Shown here: positions 41,957 to 52,345 of the stretch, in pieces
Position numbering within the stretch: the stretch's first letter is position 1
Layout: every line of letters begins with the position of its first letter
Assembly: GCA_963674735.2 (NCBI GenBank)
Contig: CAXXQS010000001.1
Span: forward strand, 352,001-416,000
Source of the DNA: Myxococcota bacterium
Lineage (GTDB): Bacteria; Myxococcota_A; SURF-8
Direction of reading: 5' to 3'
DNA length: 64,000 bases
Program-made: the position numbers and the translations under genes
The notes under the pieces: model-generated
Database searches by the model: none
Seen by the model: the letters and a program-made list of their open reading frames with translations, nothing else
What the model was told of the DNA's origin: nothing

Positions 41957-42645
41957 TGGATAATAGAGCAGTACCCATGTGGCACAAGTATGTGGTTTGG
42001 TTTATTGGTAGTATGCTTATGTTGGCCTTGTTTGTAGCAATATGCATTCATGTGGAATGGATGGATTACGCTTTGTATAGAGGTAAAACTGACTATTTGA
42101 CCATTACCGTTTGTATTCTGGCTTTTCTTACTACCGTTAACATGGCTTTGGCGGCTATAAAAATTATAACTTCTAAAAGTGTAGAGGAGGAAATAGATAG
42201 GCAAGTAAAGCCGGAATACAATAAACTAGAAAATAGAATGGTAGCCCTTGAATATAGAAATAACCATGTAGTAACGGAATTGAGAGATATGCACATACAA
42301 GTGTTAGGCAGCACTCAAGAGATCCTGATGACAATTATTCAAGAGCATGCGCAGGAAATGCGAAAGAGAACTACTAAGGGCAAGAAAAGTAACCGCGATA
42401 GAAAGTTAGCCGATTTCATCTTTGAAGTTCAAAAAGAAGCGTTTGCTATTATGAAGATGCTTTATCAAACACTTTCCAGTGAGCCGGTTGAACGGCTTTT
42501 GGGTTATCAAGAACTTGCAACGATTGGCACGGATCGCGTAAGGAATTATTTGATCGATAAGGCGATTAGCGAAGACGATCCAAGCAATCACACTTTCCTT
42601 TGGGACGAAATTACAAACTACTACAAAAAGTTGAACGAGGGCTAA
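41956..42645 (+). CDS. Hypothetical two-TM membrane protein (AT-rich)
   Basis: Two N-terminal hydrophobic helices, coiled-coil-like and helical C-terminus; TAATG coupling to regulator. Confidence 0.75.
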   Translation: MDNRAVPMWHKYVVWFIGSMLMLALFVAICIHVEWMDYALYRGKTDYLTITVCILAFLTTVNMALAAIKIITSKSVEEEIDRQVKPEYNKLENRMVALEYRNNHVVTELRDMHIQVLGSTQEILMTIIQEHAQEMRKRTTKGKKSNRDRKLADFIFEVQKEAFAIMKMLYQTLSSEPVERLLGYQELATIGTDRVRNYLIDKAISEDDPSNHTFLWDEITNYYKKLNEG

Positions 42646-42658
42646 GCGCAGCCTCTCT

Positions 42659-43129
42659 TCACCCGTGGTGGTAGGGTTCGTTTTTGAGGATGGTGAAGGC
42701 GCGGTAGAGCTGCTCGAAGAAGACCAGCCGCACGAGGTCGTGGGGGAAGGTCATGGACGAAAGCGACAGCCGGGACTGGGCGCGTTCAAGCAGCGCCGGG
42801 CCATGGCCGTAGGGACCGCCCACCGCGAAAACCAGCTCCTTGCCCCCCGCGTTCATGCGCTTCTGCAGGAAATCGGCGAAGGCTTCCGAACCGAAGCTCG
42901 CCCCGTGCTCGTCGAGCGCCACCACCGTGGCCGTGGGCGGAATAGCCTTCAGCAACTGCGCGGCCTCCTGCTCTTTTTGCAGCTTGGGCGTGGGAGCGGA
43001 CTTCTTCGCATCGGGCAGTTCGAGCAGCTCGACCTTGGCGTAGCGCTTCAAACGCTCGGCGTAAAAGGCCAGTCCTTCGCGTACGAAGGGCTGTTGCGTT
43101 TTACCGATGGCGGCCAGAACGATCTTCAT
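42659..43129 (-). CDS. rlmH: 23S rRNA (pseudouridine1915-N3)-methyltransferase
   Basis: MKIVLAAIGK, LDEHG, GGPYG, SLSSMTFPH, EQLYRAFTI...PYH; ATGA overlap with rsfS. Confidence 0.95.
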   Translation of the reverse strand: MKIVLAAIGKTQQPFVREGLAFYAERLKRYAKVELLELPDAKKSAPTPKLQKEQEAAQLLKAIPPTATVVALDEHGASFGSEAFADFLQKRMNAGGKELVFAVGGPYGHGPALLERAQSRLSLSSMTFPHDLVRLVFFEQLYRAFTILKNEPYHHG

Positions 43130-43563
43130 GCGTCCGATTTGGCGGCGGGGGAGGCGGGTGCGTTTTCCTCCGCTTCGGCCAGGGCGATCAGCGCCGGGAC
43201 GTCGAGGGCGGGACTGGAAGCCCACAGACCGTCGATGTCGTAGAAGTCGCGGTAGGGTTCGTAGAAGATGTGCACCACTACGCCGCCGTAATCCATCAGA
43301 ATCCAGTAGGCCAGCGACTGGCCTTCCACGCCGATGGGGCGGATCTTCAGCGGGCGCAGGGCCGCGTCGATGCCTTCGTAGATGGCCTGCACCTGGCGGT
43401 CGGACGAACCGTGACAGACGATCAGGTAGTCGGTGAAGGTTTGCCGTTCGGTGATGTCGTACACAGCGATGCGCTGGGCCTTTTTGCGGTCGGCGGCCAG
43501 AAGCGCGGTGAGCAGCTTGGTACGCTCCTCGGGCAGAATTTTGGGGTCGGGTCGATCGGTCAT
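43126..43563 (-). CDS. rsfS: Ribosome silencing factor
   Basis: KKA, DYLIVCHGSSDRQVQAI, WILMDYGGVVVHIF, RDFYDIDGLW. Confidence 0.95.
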   Translation of the reverse strand: MTDRPDPKILPEERTKLLTALLAADRKKAQRIAVYDITERQTFTDYLIVCHGSSDRQVQAIYEGIDAALRPLKIRPIGVEGQSLAYWILMDYGGVVVHIFYEPYRDFYDIDGLWASSPALDVPALIALAEAEENAPASPAAKSDA

Positions 43564-43571
43564 CGGGACGT

Positions 43572-44639
43572 TTATTCCTTGTCGGCCGGTTTGTCGGCGG
43601 CTGGTTTGAGGTCGGATTTGGGGAGCAGCTTGGCCGGACTCGCGGGCGGCGGTGTGCGCTTGGGCGGCAGCTTGTGTTCGGGGGCTTTGACTTCGACTTT
43701 GCGCCCGATCAGGCTCAGATCGTAGGTGCCGTCCATCACGAATACCACTTCCTTCTGTACGTCGGTATCCAGGCCGCGCGCCTTGGCGGCTTCGACCATC
43801 TTGGCATAGCGCTTTTCGCCCACCGGGACGGCGTAGGTGCCGTGCAGGCGGTAAGACAGCGGCGCGCCGGTAGCTTCGTCCACCACCACATAGCCGGAGG
43901 CCTCCGAGAAGTTGGAGACGCGCTTGCGGTTCTTGTTGATCATCTTGTCGGTGGCGATGGCGCTGATGGCGTACTGGTTGGGGTAGTTGAACGCGGTTTC
44001 CAGGTCTTTATCGGGGGTTTTGCCGTTGGGGTCGAGTTCGAAGGCGAACTTGAAGGCGGGACGTCCCTGATAACGCAACGATTCGGCTTCTTTGAAGCGC
44101 AGATGCCCGCGAAAATATTTGTAGAAGTGATTCATGGCTGTGAAGTTCTTCTCCCGCCAGAAACGCGCCTTGCCCTGCGGGCTTTCCTTCACGAAACTGG
44201 TGGCGCCGAAGCGGTCATAGGTTTCGCCGCCCGCCAGATACAATTCGTAGCTCTTGGAGTGGCTGTTGGAGCTTTTGGTGTAGAAATCGCCGTTGGCGGC
44301 CTGCTCCAGCAGGTTCGTCTCGGTGAGTTTGACGTCTTTTTGGCCGCGCATGGTGCGATAAACCAGCGTGCCATCGGCGCGAAAAGATCCCAGCTTGCGA
44401 TGGATGTCTTCCTGGCTCATCAGCAGCACTTTTTCCAGCTCGGCGGTTTTACCGGGCAGGGCGGCCACATCCACTTCCACCGCCGGGGTTTCGACGGGGA
44501 CCGCCTCGGCGGGGTCTTCCTTTTCCAACACCCGTTTTTTGGCTTCTTCACCTTGTTTCGTATCCGAGCAGCCGCCGAAAGCCAGCATACTCGCGACGAT
44601 TACCAGCAACCCTACGATCACAGCTTTACGTAATGTCAT
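43572..44639 (-). CDS. Hypothetical lipoprotein
   Basis: FGGC lipobox after hydrophobic stretch; long ORF with host-like codon usage. Confidence 0.8.
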   Translation of the reverse strand: MTLRKAVIVGLLVIVASMLAFGGCSDTKQGEEAKKRVLEKEDPAEAVPVETPAVEVDVAALPGKTAELEKVLLMSQEDIHRKLGSFRADGTLVYRTMRGQKDVKLTETNLLEQAANGDFYTKSSNSHSKSYELYLAGGETYDRFGATSFVKESPQGKARFWREKNFTAMNHFYKYFRGHLRFKEAESLRYQGRPAFKFAFELDPNGKTPDKDLETAFNYPNQYAISAIATDKMINKNRKRVSNFSEASGYVVVDEATGAPLSYRLHGTYAVPVGEKRYAKMVEAAKARGLDTDVQKEVVFVMDGTYDLSLIGRKVEVKAPEHKLPPKRTPPPASPAKLLPKSDLKPAADKPADKE

Positions 44640-44829
44640 CTTTTCTCACCTTGGTCCGTTCAACAACGGATGCACCTTACTTTCCCCATCGGGAGAGGTC
44701 AAGTTAAACCGCACCGGACATTCCACCCGGCGTCCCGACTGGCCGGGACGCGGTGGAGCGAAACGGGGATTCCGAATGGGATTGTCTGTTGTGTGTGGCG
44801 AATTCCTCTGCAAATCCAAGCTGCTTCGC

Positions 44830-47220
44830 TCACTGCACGGCCTGGGGCTGTTGCCAGATGCCATCCTCGCGCAGCATGCGCCAACTCATGGTGTCCGAAT
44901 CGCTCAGAGATCCGGTCAGGGTGGGGAACAGCGGGTTCGGATCCAGATAATTGTTCGGATCGTAGATTTCGATGCGGAAGTTGTTGTTGTTCAGGCGGCT
45001 GCCGCAGAAGGGAATGGCCAGGAAGTCGTACCAGTCCTCGCAATTGTTCTGATAGGCGGCCGTGATGGTCCACATGCCGTCGGCCGGATTGGTAATACGC
45101 ATTTCTTCCACATGGCCGTCGGCTCCGGCAGTGTGCACCCAGCGCGACATGATCCCGACGCCGTTGCCCGGCGCAAACGAACAGGTGAAGTTGCTGTTGA
45201 GCCGCTCGTCATAGCAGGAAATGCCGATGGGATCCTCGACTTTCAGATCCATGTCCACCAGATTCGAGCCGAGGAAATTGTCGCCTTCTTCGAAGGTCAG
45301 CACGATGCGCGCCCACTGATCGCCCTTGACATTCACGTTGATATCCAGCGGGTTCGACCATGTGTTTTCGTCGTCCTTGACCATCAGCCTAACCACGTAA
45401 TCGCCGTAGACGTCGAAATCGATGCAGCAATTCACCCCGGAGATGCCCGCCTCGGAGCGCAGGATGATGTTGCCCGCGCTGCCCGTCGGAATGGTGGGTA
45501 AAGACCAGTCGAAGGCGGTGAGCTGGCCGTCGAGGTCGTAACTGATGTTGCCGTAGAAGCACAGGCGCGTATCCATCTGCAGATTTTCAATATCCACTTC
45601 GATCGGCGGTCCATGATCCTGAAGCGAGGCGCGGGCCACCGGGGCTTTGTTGGGCGGCCGTCCTTCGCCGATCATATCGAATGAGATGAATTCGTCGAGG
45701 CCCGGCAGGTTGTGGCGCACGCGGAACTTGCATTGATCGTCCACGTTGTAATCGGTGGGCTGGTAATACAGCTTGAGCGTGACCGGGTAGCTGGCGCCGG
45801 GGCGGACCTGGCAGTATTTCTGGTCGTATCCGTCCGCATCTTCGCACACCATGGCCTGCACGCAATCGGCATCGCTGGTGCAGACTTTTCCGGCGATCAA
45901 TTCGAGATCCAGTTCGTCGATGGAAAACTCGCTGCAGTCGGCGCCGCTGCCCAGATCGGAAATATCAAAGTCTATAAGCAGCAGCGGGTTGCCGCTCCAG
46001 TTGTAGATGGACACGTTTTCCTGGCGCATGCATTCGTCGCCGTCGAAACAGGTTTGCCCGGTGGGACAACAGTTGTTGTCGTCCACGCAGGTAGGATAGT
46101 CGGAGCAGATGCTGCCCTCGAACTTCACTTGGCGGCCGAAGTCGATGGGGTAGGGTACCACGGAGAAACTCGTCGATTCGGCGGTGCCGCGCAAGTTGAT
46201 AGTGAGCAGGCGCTGGGCCTCCTCGTCGGCATCGGTGGTGACCAGCACGCGCTCGACATGCGGATCGAATTCGTCGGCCAACGTTTGCGGTTGATATTGA
46301 ATGACGAAAGTATGGCTTTCCTGCGGGTTCAGTCTTACCGGCATGAGTGGATTGATTTCACCTTCGATGATGCGGTAATGGGGACTGAGCCCGCTGGCCA
46401 ACACGATGCTGGTGACGCTCAGAACCTTGTTGCCGTCTTCCAGCCCGGTGTGGGTGATGGTGAAGGGCTGGGACTTGGGTTCGCCGCCCAGGTCGACGTT
46501 GCCGAAATTGAAGGACACGGGATCGACGGCCGCCTTGGCGGTGCCTTTGTACAAGCTGTACATCAGCACGCGGGTGATGACCTCGTCGCAATCGTTGGAA
46601 ACGATGGAGAGATAGGCTTCGTCGATGCCGGAGTTCGCCGGAGAATATTCGACCTCGATGGTTACCGGGCTGCCCCACATCAGTACGATGGGGAATTCGT
46701 GTTCGGAAACGATGGTAAACTCGCTGACGTCGCCGCCCTCTTCGGTAGGGGTGATCTGTATGGCCGAGATTTCCAGGTCGACATTGGAGTTCCCGTCGTT
46801 TGTGATTTGAAGTTGGCGACGCGCTGTGGCTCCGGAATAGACGGATTCGAAATTGATTTCGTCGGGTGTGATCGAAATTTCCGGGCATTTGGCGATGATG
46901 GGAATCTCGCCGTCGCCGTCCGGGGTGTCGCCGTCCGGGTTGTCGCCATCGGGGTTATCGTCATCGCCGCCGCCGGTGCAACCGCCGTTGATGCACAATT
47001 CGCCGACCGGACAATCGGAATGCGCGGTGCAGCCGTCCGTGTCTCCGCCCATGTCGGTGCAGATGTTTCCGAGGCAGATTTCGTTAGGCTGGCAATCCTC
47101 ATCGATATTGCACACTTGCCCATCGCCGTCTGTCGGCGCGTTGCTGCTGCCGCTGCACCCGACCAACATCACCGCCACCAGGATCGAGACCCAGAGACCA
47201 CTCAAAATAGCATGTCGCAT
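44830..47220 (-). CDS. Large surface lipoprotein with Cys-rich modules, ASH/choice-of-anchor-D-like Ig domains and PKD-like domain
   Basis: LVGC lipobox, DGD repeats, INFESV/FNFGNV/IDFG..ITNDG repeats, PVA..SYDLDG..FDW..GDYVVRLMVKD. Confidence 0.82.
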   Translation of the reverse strand: MRHAILSGLWVSILVAVMLVGCSGSSNAPTDGDGQVCNIDEDCQPNEICLGNICTDMGGDTDGCTAHSDCPVGELCINGGCTGGGDDDNPDGDNPDGDTPDGDGEIPIIAKCPEISITPDEINFESVYSGATARRQLQITNDGNSNVDLEISAIQITPTEEGGDVSEFTIVSEHEFPIVLMWGSPVTIEVEYSPANSGIDEAYLSIVSNDCDEVITRVLMYSLYKGTAKAAVDPVSFNFGNVDLGGEPKSQPFTITHTGLEDGNKVLSVTSIVLASGLSPHYRIIEGEINPLMPVRLNPQESHTFVIQYQPQTLADEFDPHVERVLVTTDADEEAQRLLTINLRGTAESTSFSVVPYPIDFGRQVKFEGSICSDYPTCVDDNNCCPTGQTCFDGDECMRQENVSIYNWSGNPLLLIDFDISDLGSGADCSEFSIDELDLELIAGKVCTSDADCVQAMVCEDADGYDQKYCQVRPGASYPVTLKLYYQPTDYNVDDQCKFRVRHNLPGLDEFISFDMIGEGRPPNKAPVARASLQDHGPPIEVDIENLQMDTRLCFYGNISYDLDGQLTAFDWSLPTIPTGSAGNIILRSEAGISGVNCCIDFDVYGDYVVRLMVKDDENTWSNPLDINVNVKGDQWARIVLTFEEGDNFLGSNLVDMDLKVEDPIGISCYDERLNSNFTCSFAPGNGVGIMSRWVHTAGADGHVEEMRITNPADGMWTITAAYQNNCEDWYDFLAIPFCGSRLNNNNFRIEIYDPNNYLDPNPLFPTLTGSLSDSDTMSWRMLREDGIWQQPQAVQ

Positions 47221-47444
47221 GGATATTACCTTACATCTCGTTCAATGGTTACACCCGAACATTCGTTCGTAGAGAGCTTCCCTGTCGGGAATCTGCGCTA
47301 ACTTCAGAGCCCGCCAACCGTTTTCGTATTGACAAGGCGAGTCCTCGCTCATTATAATTGGAGGCGTGCGGTATTGCAATAGAAAAAGCCTTGGGTGCAT
47401 CCGCTGTCGTTCGCTACGGGAAACACTTATGAGGAGGAAGACGT

Positions 47445-48953
47445 ATGTCTGGTAGGTTGTACGGTAATGTGTTGTTTGTACTGGTTGTTTTTTCCCTCTT
47501 CATCTTGGGTTGCTCGGACGGCGCGGAGGAAGCCGCTACCGATGGTGATGGCGTGGCCGATGGCGATAGCGCAATGGGGGCTGCTTGCACCAACCAGAGC
47601 GATTGCCCGGATGGCGCGACCTGCGCCGTTGTCGGCGAAGGGCTGATCTGTACCCCGCTATGCCGCAGCGACGCCGAATGCCAGACCGGGTTTCCGGGCG
47701 GTTGCTGCATGAAGGTCGGGGCCAGCTATTACTGCGCTCCGGCCGGTGTTTGCGGCAATGATCCCGATGGGGACGACCCCGATGGCGATATCCCCGATGG
47801 CGACAACCCCGATGGCGACGAGGGGCCCTGCGAGTTCGATACCTACCGCTGCCAGGATTACGACACGGTGGATCGCTGCGGCTCTTCCGGAACGTGGACC
47901 ACTTACAAGAATTGCTCTCCCGATACCTGCTGTTACAACGGTGAATGTGTAAGCGCCGACGGCGCGGTCGATTGCGAATCGGGCGACCTTTTCTGCATTC
48001 CCGACAGCTATCGCTGCCGTGGTCGTGACGAAGTACAGCGCTGCAACTCCGACGGCGGGGACTGGACGCTCTATCGCATCTGTGACGAAGGCACGCAGTG
48101 TGTCGACGGGATGTGCATCAGTCTGACCGACGGCGACGATCCCGACGGCGACGACCCGGATGGCGACAACCCGGACGGCGACAACCCGGACGGCGACGAC
48201 CCGGAATGTGTTCCCTGCGATGATGAAACCGGTTGCGAAGGCGGCAATGAATACTGCCTGACCCTGGTGGGACATGAAGAAGGCTGCTGTCGGCTTCTCT
48301 GCGACGTTGTGGGTGCTTTACGCTGCCCCGATGGTTATAGTTGCGGTGGCGATGGAAAATGCCAGCCGGTGGAGGGCTACTGCCGCTCCGATGCCCATTG
48401 CGAAATGAGCGAGTTCTGCAATATTCTGCCGGGCAAGGAAAGCGGTTTGTGCACCAAGTATTGTTTCGAGATTGGCGAGTATTGTCCGAACGCCAGCTAC
48501 TGCGACCAACAACCCGACTCCCAGAATTACGGGCGCTGCGTTTACGAGGAATGCGTGGAATGCGCCGGTAGCACGACCTGCGGTGCGGGCAAATATTGCG
48601 ATATCTGGCCCGGCCAGATTGAGGGCTGCTGCGTGGAGATGTGCGGAGCCACCAATCCTTGCGGCGGCCAGTTGAGTTGCTGTGAGGATGGACGCTGCGG
48701 CATGGACTGCTCTCAGTCCTGCGATTGTGGCGGACCTTGCCCGGGCGGCTATATCTGCGATCAGCTCTTCTGCATCTGCATTCCCAACTGCCCGCCCTGC
48801 CCGGAGGGCGAGTACTGCGACGGATCCACCGCTCCCAATTGCAAGCCAGGCGAATGTCGCAATCCGCTGGTTTGTGGCTGGGGGCTCAAGCAGTGCTGTC
48901 CGGGATACAGTTGCAGCGCCATCGTATACGGCGTGGTCGGCTTCTGTATCTAA
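47445..48953 (+). CDS. Extremely Cys-rich lipoprotein with DGD repeats
   Basis: ILGC lipobox; about 70 Cys in 502 aa by manual count; (DGDxP)n spacers. Confidence 0.88.
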   Translation: MSGRLYGNVLFVLVVFSLFILGCSDGAEEAATDGDGVADGDSAMGAACTNQSDCPDGATCAVVGEGLICTPLCRSDAECQTGFPGGCCMKVGASYYCAPAGVCGNDPDGDDPDGDIPDGDNPDGDEGPCEFDTYRCQDYDTVDRCGSSGTWTTYKNCSPDTCCYNGECVSADGAVDCESGDLFCIPDSYRCRGRDEVQRCNSDGGDWTLYRICDEGTQCVDGMCISLTDGDDPDGDDPDGDNPDGDNPDGDDPECVPCDDETGCEGGNEYCLTLVGHEEGCCRLLCDVVGALRCPDGYSCGGDGKCQPVEGYCRSDAHCEMSEFCNILPGKESGLCTKYCFEIGEYCPNASYCDQQPDSQNYGRCVYEECVECAGSTTCGAGKYCDIWPGQIEGCCVEMCGATNPCGGQLSCCEDGRCGMDCSQSCDCGGPCPGGYICDQLFCICIPNCPPCPEGEYCDGSTAPNCKPGECRNPLVCGWGLKQCCPGYSCSAIVYGVVGFCI

Positions 48954-49041
48954 CGCAAACGAAAAACGCGGGCCGGGGCAATCCCGGCCCGACGTGTGTC
49001 TACCTCCACCCGAGGTGGGGAACGAAGGGAAGCATCCGAAC

Positions 49042-51354
49042 ATGAGCCGGAGGGTTTGTCAGAACTGCGGTGGCCACGTCGATGACATCGCCTGCTTCTG
49101 CGGGTATTGCGGCGTGCGTTTGTCCGAAACGGTGCGGCTTTCGCAGGATGTGGAATTGAAGGTGCGGCAGGTTCCGGCCAAGAAATTTTTTCTGGGGCGC
49201 GATGCGGAACTGAAACGCCTGCCGGAGCTGACCCATCATGCCCTAAACCGGCGCGGGCGCGTGGTTTACGTGGAAGGTGTGGCGGGCAGCGGCAAAACGG
49301 CCTTTGCCAGCCAGGCGGCGGCTTACTGGCGCGCCAACGGTTTTCGCGTCATCCGGGTAACCGGTGTTCCCGAATACAATCGCTTCACTTATCATCCCTT
49401 CCACCAGTTCATCGTCAAGCTGGTGGGCATAACCCCCAATATCCCATCCAGCAAGCTGGCCTCGCTTCTGGGGGCGCTACGCTCCTTCGGGCTCAAGCGC
49501 GTCGATCTCGACTACCTCTACCACCTTTTCCCGGTGGAGCTGAAGGATAGCAAGAACCGCCAGTTGGACAACAAGGTGCGTCTGGCCGGACTGACCTCCG
49601 CCCTCACGCGCTTGATCCGGCATGCCTCGCGCAAGCAACCCCTGGCCCTGATCATGGATCACCTGCACTGGGCCGATCCCCTGACCCAGCAATACACCAA
49701 GGTGCTCGAAGAAGCGGTGGCGAACGACGCCATCGTGTTGATGATCACCACCCGCGAAGAAGAAACGCTGCTGGACTACAAGGACAACATCGACTCGATC
49801 AAACTCGGCCCCATCGGTCTGAAAGATATCATCACCATTTCCCGGCTTTACATGAACGTGACCAAGCTGCCCATGGAAGCCGAGGAGCGCCTCTCCCAGG
49901 TGGCCGACGGAAATCCGCTGACTGCGTTTTTGTTTTGCGATTACCTGGTGGAGCGCGAATACCTGGTGAAAAAGGGCGGAACCTGGCAGGTGTCCGACAA
50001 GCATCGCAACAGCGAACTCCCCGACACGCTCGAAAAGATCATGGCGGCGCGTCTGGAATTGATGAAGCCGCACATTCAGGAACTGCTGCGGCTGACGGCC
50101 GTTTTCGCCGGAGAATGCACGTTACACGGCTTGCAGGAGCTTTATCCCTATCCGCAGTACGTGAAAGAGGATATCGAAGAGTTGGTGCGAAAACATCTGG
50201 TGCGCGTCAACACCGAAGTCGACCGGCGTTTGATCAGCTTCACCCACAACTACATCCACGAATACATCTATTCGCGCATTCCGCCCGCGGGCTTGCAGGC
50301 CCTGCACCCGAAGGTGGGCGAGCGTCTCGGTCGGATGGCGCCGGTGCAGGCCTACATGAAAGACTGGATGATGGCGCATCACCTGAGCTTCGTCGGCGAC
50401 AAAAGCGCCGCTTCCGCGCCGTTTCTGGACGACAGCGGCAATCATCTGATGCGGCGGCTGCACTTCTGGGAAGCCATTCACTGCTTCCAACGCGAGAGCG
50501 CCATTTTGCGCTGGCAAAGCCGCAACGAAAAAGGCTCGGGAGAGGTGTACCAACACAAGATGTTGGACGTGCTGGCCCGGCTGGCCCTGTGTTATCACGC
50601 CGTGGGCGACTCGGAGCGGGCCGTCAAGACCTATCAGCTTATCATCGAGCGGGCGGCAAAGATCGATGCCGTTTATGCGGCCACCGATGCGCGGCTGGCG
50701 GCCATGGATCTGCTGGTGTCGCTCGGGCGAGCCGAGGAGGCGCGCCAGCTTCTGGAAGAGGGTCTCGAAAAGGTGGGAGCGGACGGCGACCCCTACAATC
50801 GCAGCCGCCTGCGCGCTCAGCTGGGTGAGTGGTTCCGATTGCAGGGCCTTCACCGCGAAGCCGAGCCGCTGCTGTTGAGCGCGTTGGAGGAGGCGACCGA
50901 TGTGGAAGAAGGCGTGATGAGTCGTATCCGCTGGTCGCCCAGTATTCGGCAGTCTCAAGGTCGCCTACGCGTCGACCAGGAGCAATTCAACGAAGCGCTG
51001 CCACTGCTGGTGGAGGCCTACGACGGCTTCACCGAGGCGCGCGATATCAAGAACATGATGCAGCTGGCCGACCGTCTGGCGCGCCTGTACGCGGCCCGGC
51101 GCAATTACGAACGGGCCATGGGTTTTGTGGATCTGGGCCTCAATATCGCGCGCAATTCCGGCGATGTGATGAGTTTGATCAACCTTACATATGAAGCGGG
51201 ACAGATTCACCAGGGAACCGGAGAACTCAAGAAAGCTCGGCTGGCCTTCGACGATGCCTTCCAGCTTTCCACCGGCATCCATTGGGTGCAGGGAATAGAA
51301 CGCAGCCGTCTGGCGTTGAATCGGTTGAAGGAGGATTCGGATGGCGCGGTCTGA
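49042..51354 (+). CDS. Zinc-ribbon + AAA/STAND-type ATPase + TPR protein
   Basis: CQNCG..FCGYCG, FLGRDAEL, GVAGSGKT, LIMDHLHWAD, GNP, TPR-like C-terminus; ATG 49042. Confidence 0.85.
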   Translation: MSRRVCQNCGGHVDDIACFCGYCGVRLSETVRLSQDVELKVRQVPAKKFFLGRDAELKRLPELTHHALNRRGRVVYVEGVAGSGKTAFASQAAAYWRANGFRVIRVTGVPEYNRFTYHPFHQFIVKLVGITPNIPSSKLASLLGALRSFGLKRVDLDYLYHLFPVELKDSKNRQLDNKVRLAGLTSALTRLIRHASRKQPLALIMDHLHWADPLTQQYTKVLEEAVANDAIVLMITTREEETLLDYKDNIDSIKLGPIGLKDIITISRLYMNVTKLPMEAEERLSQVADGNPLTAFLFCDYLVEREYLVKKGGTWQVSDKHRNSELPDTLEKIMAARLELMKPHIQELLRLTAVFAGECTLHGLQELYPYPQYVKEDIEELVRKHLVRVNTEVDRRLISFTHNYIHEYIYSRIPPAGLQALHPKVGERLGRMAPVQAYMKDWMMAHHLSFVGDKSAASAPFLDDSGNHLMRRLHFWEAIHCFQRESAILRWQSRNEKGSGEVYQHKMLDVLARLALCYHAVGDSERAVKTYQLIIERAAKIDAVYAATDARLAAMDLLVSLGRAEEARQLLEEGLEKVGADGDPYNRSRLRAQLGEWFRLQGLHREAEPLLLSALEEATDVEEGVMSRIRWSPSIRQSQGRLRVDQEQFNEALPLLVEAYDGFTEARDIKNMMQLADRLARLYAARRNYERAMGFVDLGLNIARNSGDVMSLINLTYEAGQIHQGTGELKKARLAFDDAFQLSTGIHWVQGIERSRLALNRLKEDSDGAV

Positions 51355-52345
51355 TTGGCATCGCTGGGCGGGACAAATGGTGGTGTGTGCCCCCGCTGGC
51401 GCGACCGCCGATACCCATTTAGTGCGCCTGATCGAGGAATTTCAGGTGGGCGGCGTGATTTTGTTCCAGCGCAACTGCCCCTCAAGCGATGAGGTGCGGA
51501 GTCTCACGGAGGCCATGCAGCGGCGCGCCGAGCTACCCCTGCTCGTCATGATCGATCAGGAGGGTGGTCGGGTGATGCGCCTGAAGGAACGCCGTTTCCG
51601 GTTGCCGTCGGCCCGTGAACAGGCGGCCCGCCATCGCGAGGAAGTGGAACACGACGCTTATATGCTGGGTAAGCGATTTATCGAGATCGGCGTCAATATG
51701 AATTTGGTGCCGGTGCTGGATGTGGACAGTAACCCGGCCAATCCCATTATCGGTGACCGCTCATACGGGCGCGATCCGGCGACGGTGTGGACCTATGCCG
51801 AGGCGGTCTGGCGCGGACAGAAAAAGGCCGGAATCCTGAGTTGTGGCAAGCACTTCCCTGGTCACGGCGATACCGATAACGACAGCCACCTGACCCTGCC
51901 GATCGTGCGCCATGAGCGCGAACGCCTGGAGCGCATCGAGCTTGAACCCTTCAAACGCGCCATCGAGGCCGGGTTTGAAGCGTTGATGATTGCCCACGTG
52001 CTGTATCCGGTCCTCGATCCCGACGAACCCGCGTCCCTGTCGCCCGCCATCACGACCGAGCTATTACGTAACGAACTGGGATTCAAAGGACTGATTCTTG
52101 CCGATGATCTGGAAATGAAAGCGATATCCGAGCGTTATCCCCTGCTTGATCTGGTGGAGAAACTGGTGTTGGCCGGTAACGACCTGCTTCCGGTATGCCA
52201 TAGTCACGAGTTGGCGATGCGGGTATGCCGCGCCCTGGTGACGCTGGTTGAACGAGGTCGCATCACCGAAAACCGGATGAAAGCATCCTACGACCGTATC
52301 TATGCCATCAAGCGGCGTTATGGTTTGTTTGAGGGTCCGATGTAA
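51341..52345 (+). CDS. nagZ: Beta-N-acetylhexosaminidase (GH3)
   Basis: GGVILFQRN, IDQEGGRV, KHFPGHGDTDNDSH, DDLEM. Confidence 0.93.
   Translation: MARSDWHRWAGQMVVCAPAGATADTHLVRLIEEFQVGGVILFQRNCPSSDEVRSLTEAMQRRAELPLLVMIDQEGGRVMRLKERRFRLPSAREQAARHREEVEHDAYMLGKRFIEIGVNMNLVPVLDVDSNPANPIIGDRSYGRDPATVWTYAEAVWRGQKKAGILSCGKHFPGHGDTDNDSHLTLPIVRHERERLERIELEPFKRAIEAGFEALMIAHVLYPVLDPDEPASLSPAITTELLRNELGFKGLILADDLEMKAISERYPLLDLVEKLVLAGNDLLPVCHSHELAMRVCRALVTLVERGRITENRMKASYDRIYAIKRRYGLFEGPM

Noticed and set aside
45712-47301. 529-aa plus-strand ORF, and similar long antisense ORFs such as 19828-21069, 28671-29789, 52954-54048, 62348-63418
   Set aside because: Antisense shadows of well-supported genes in high-GC DNA, with no motifs of their own
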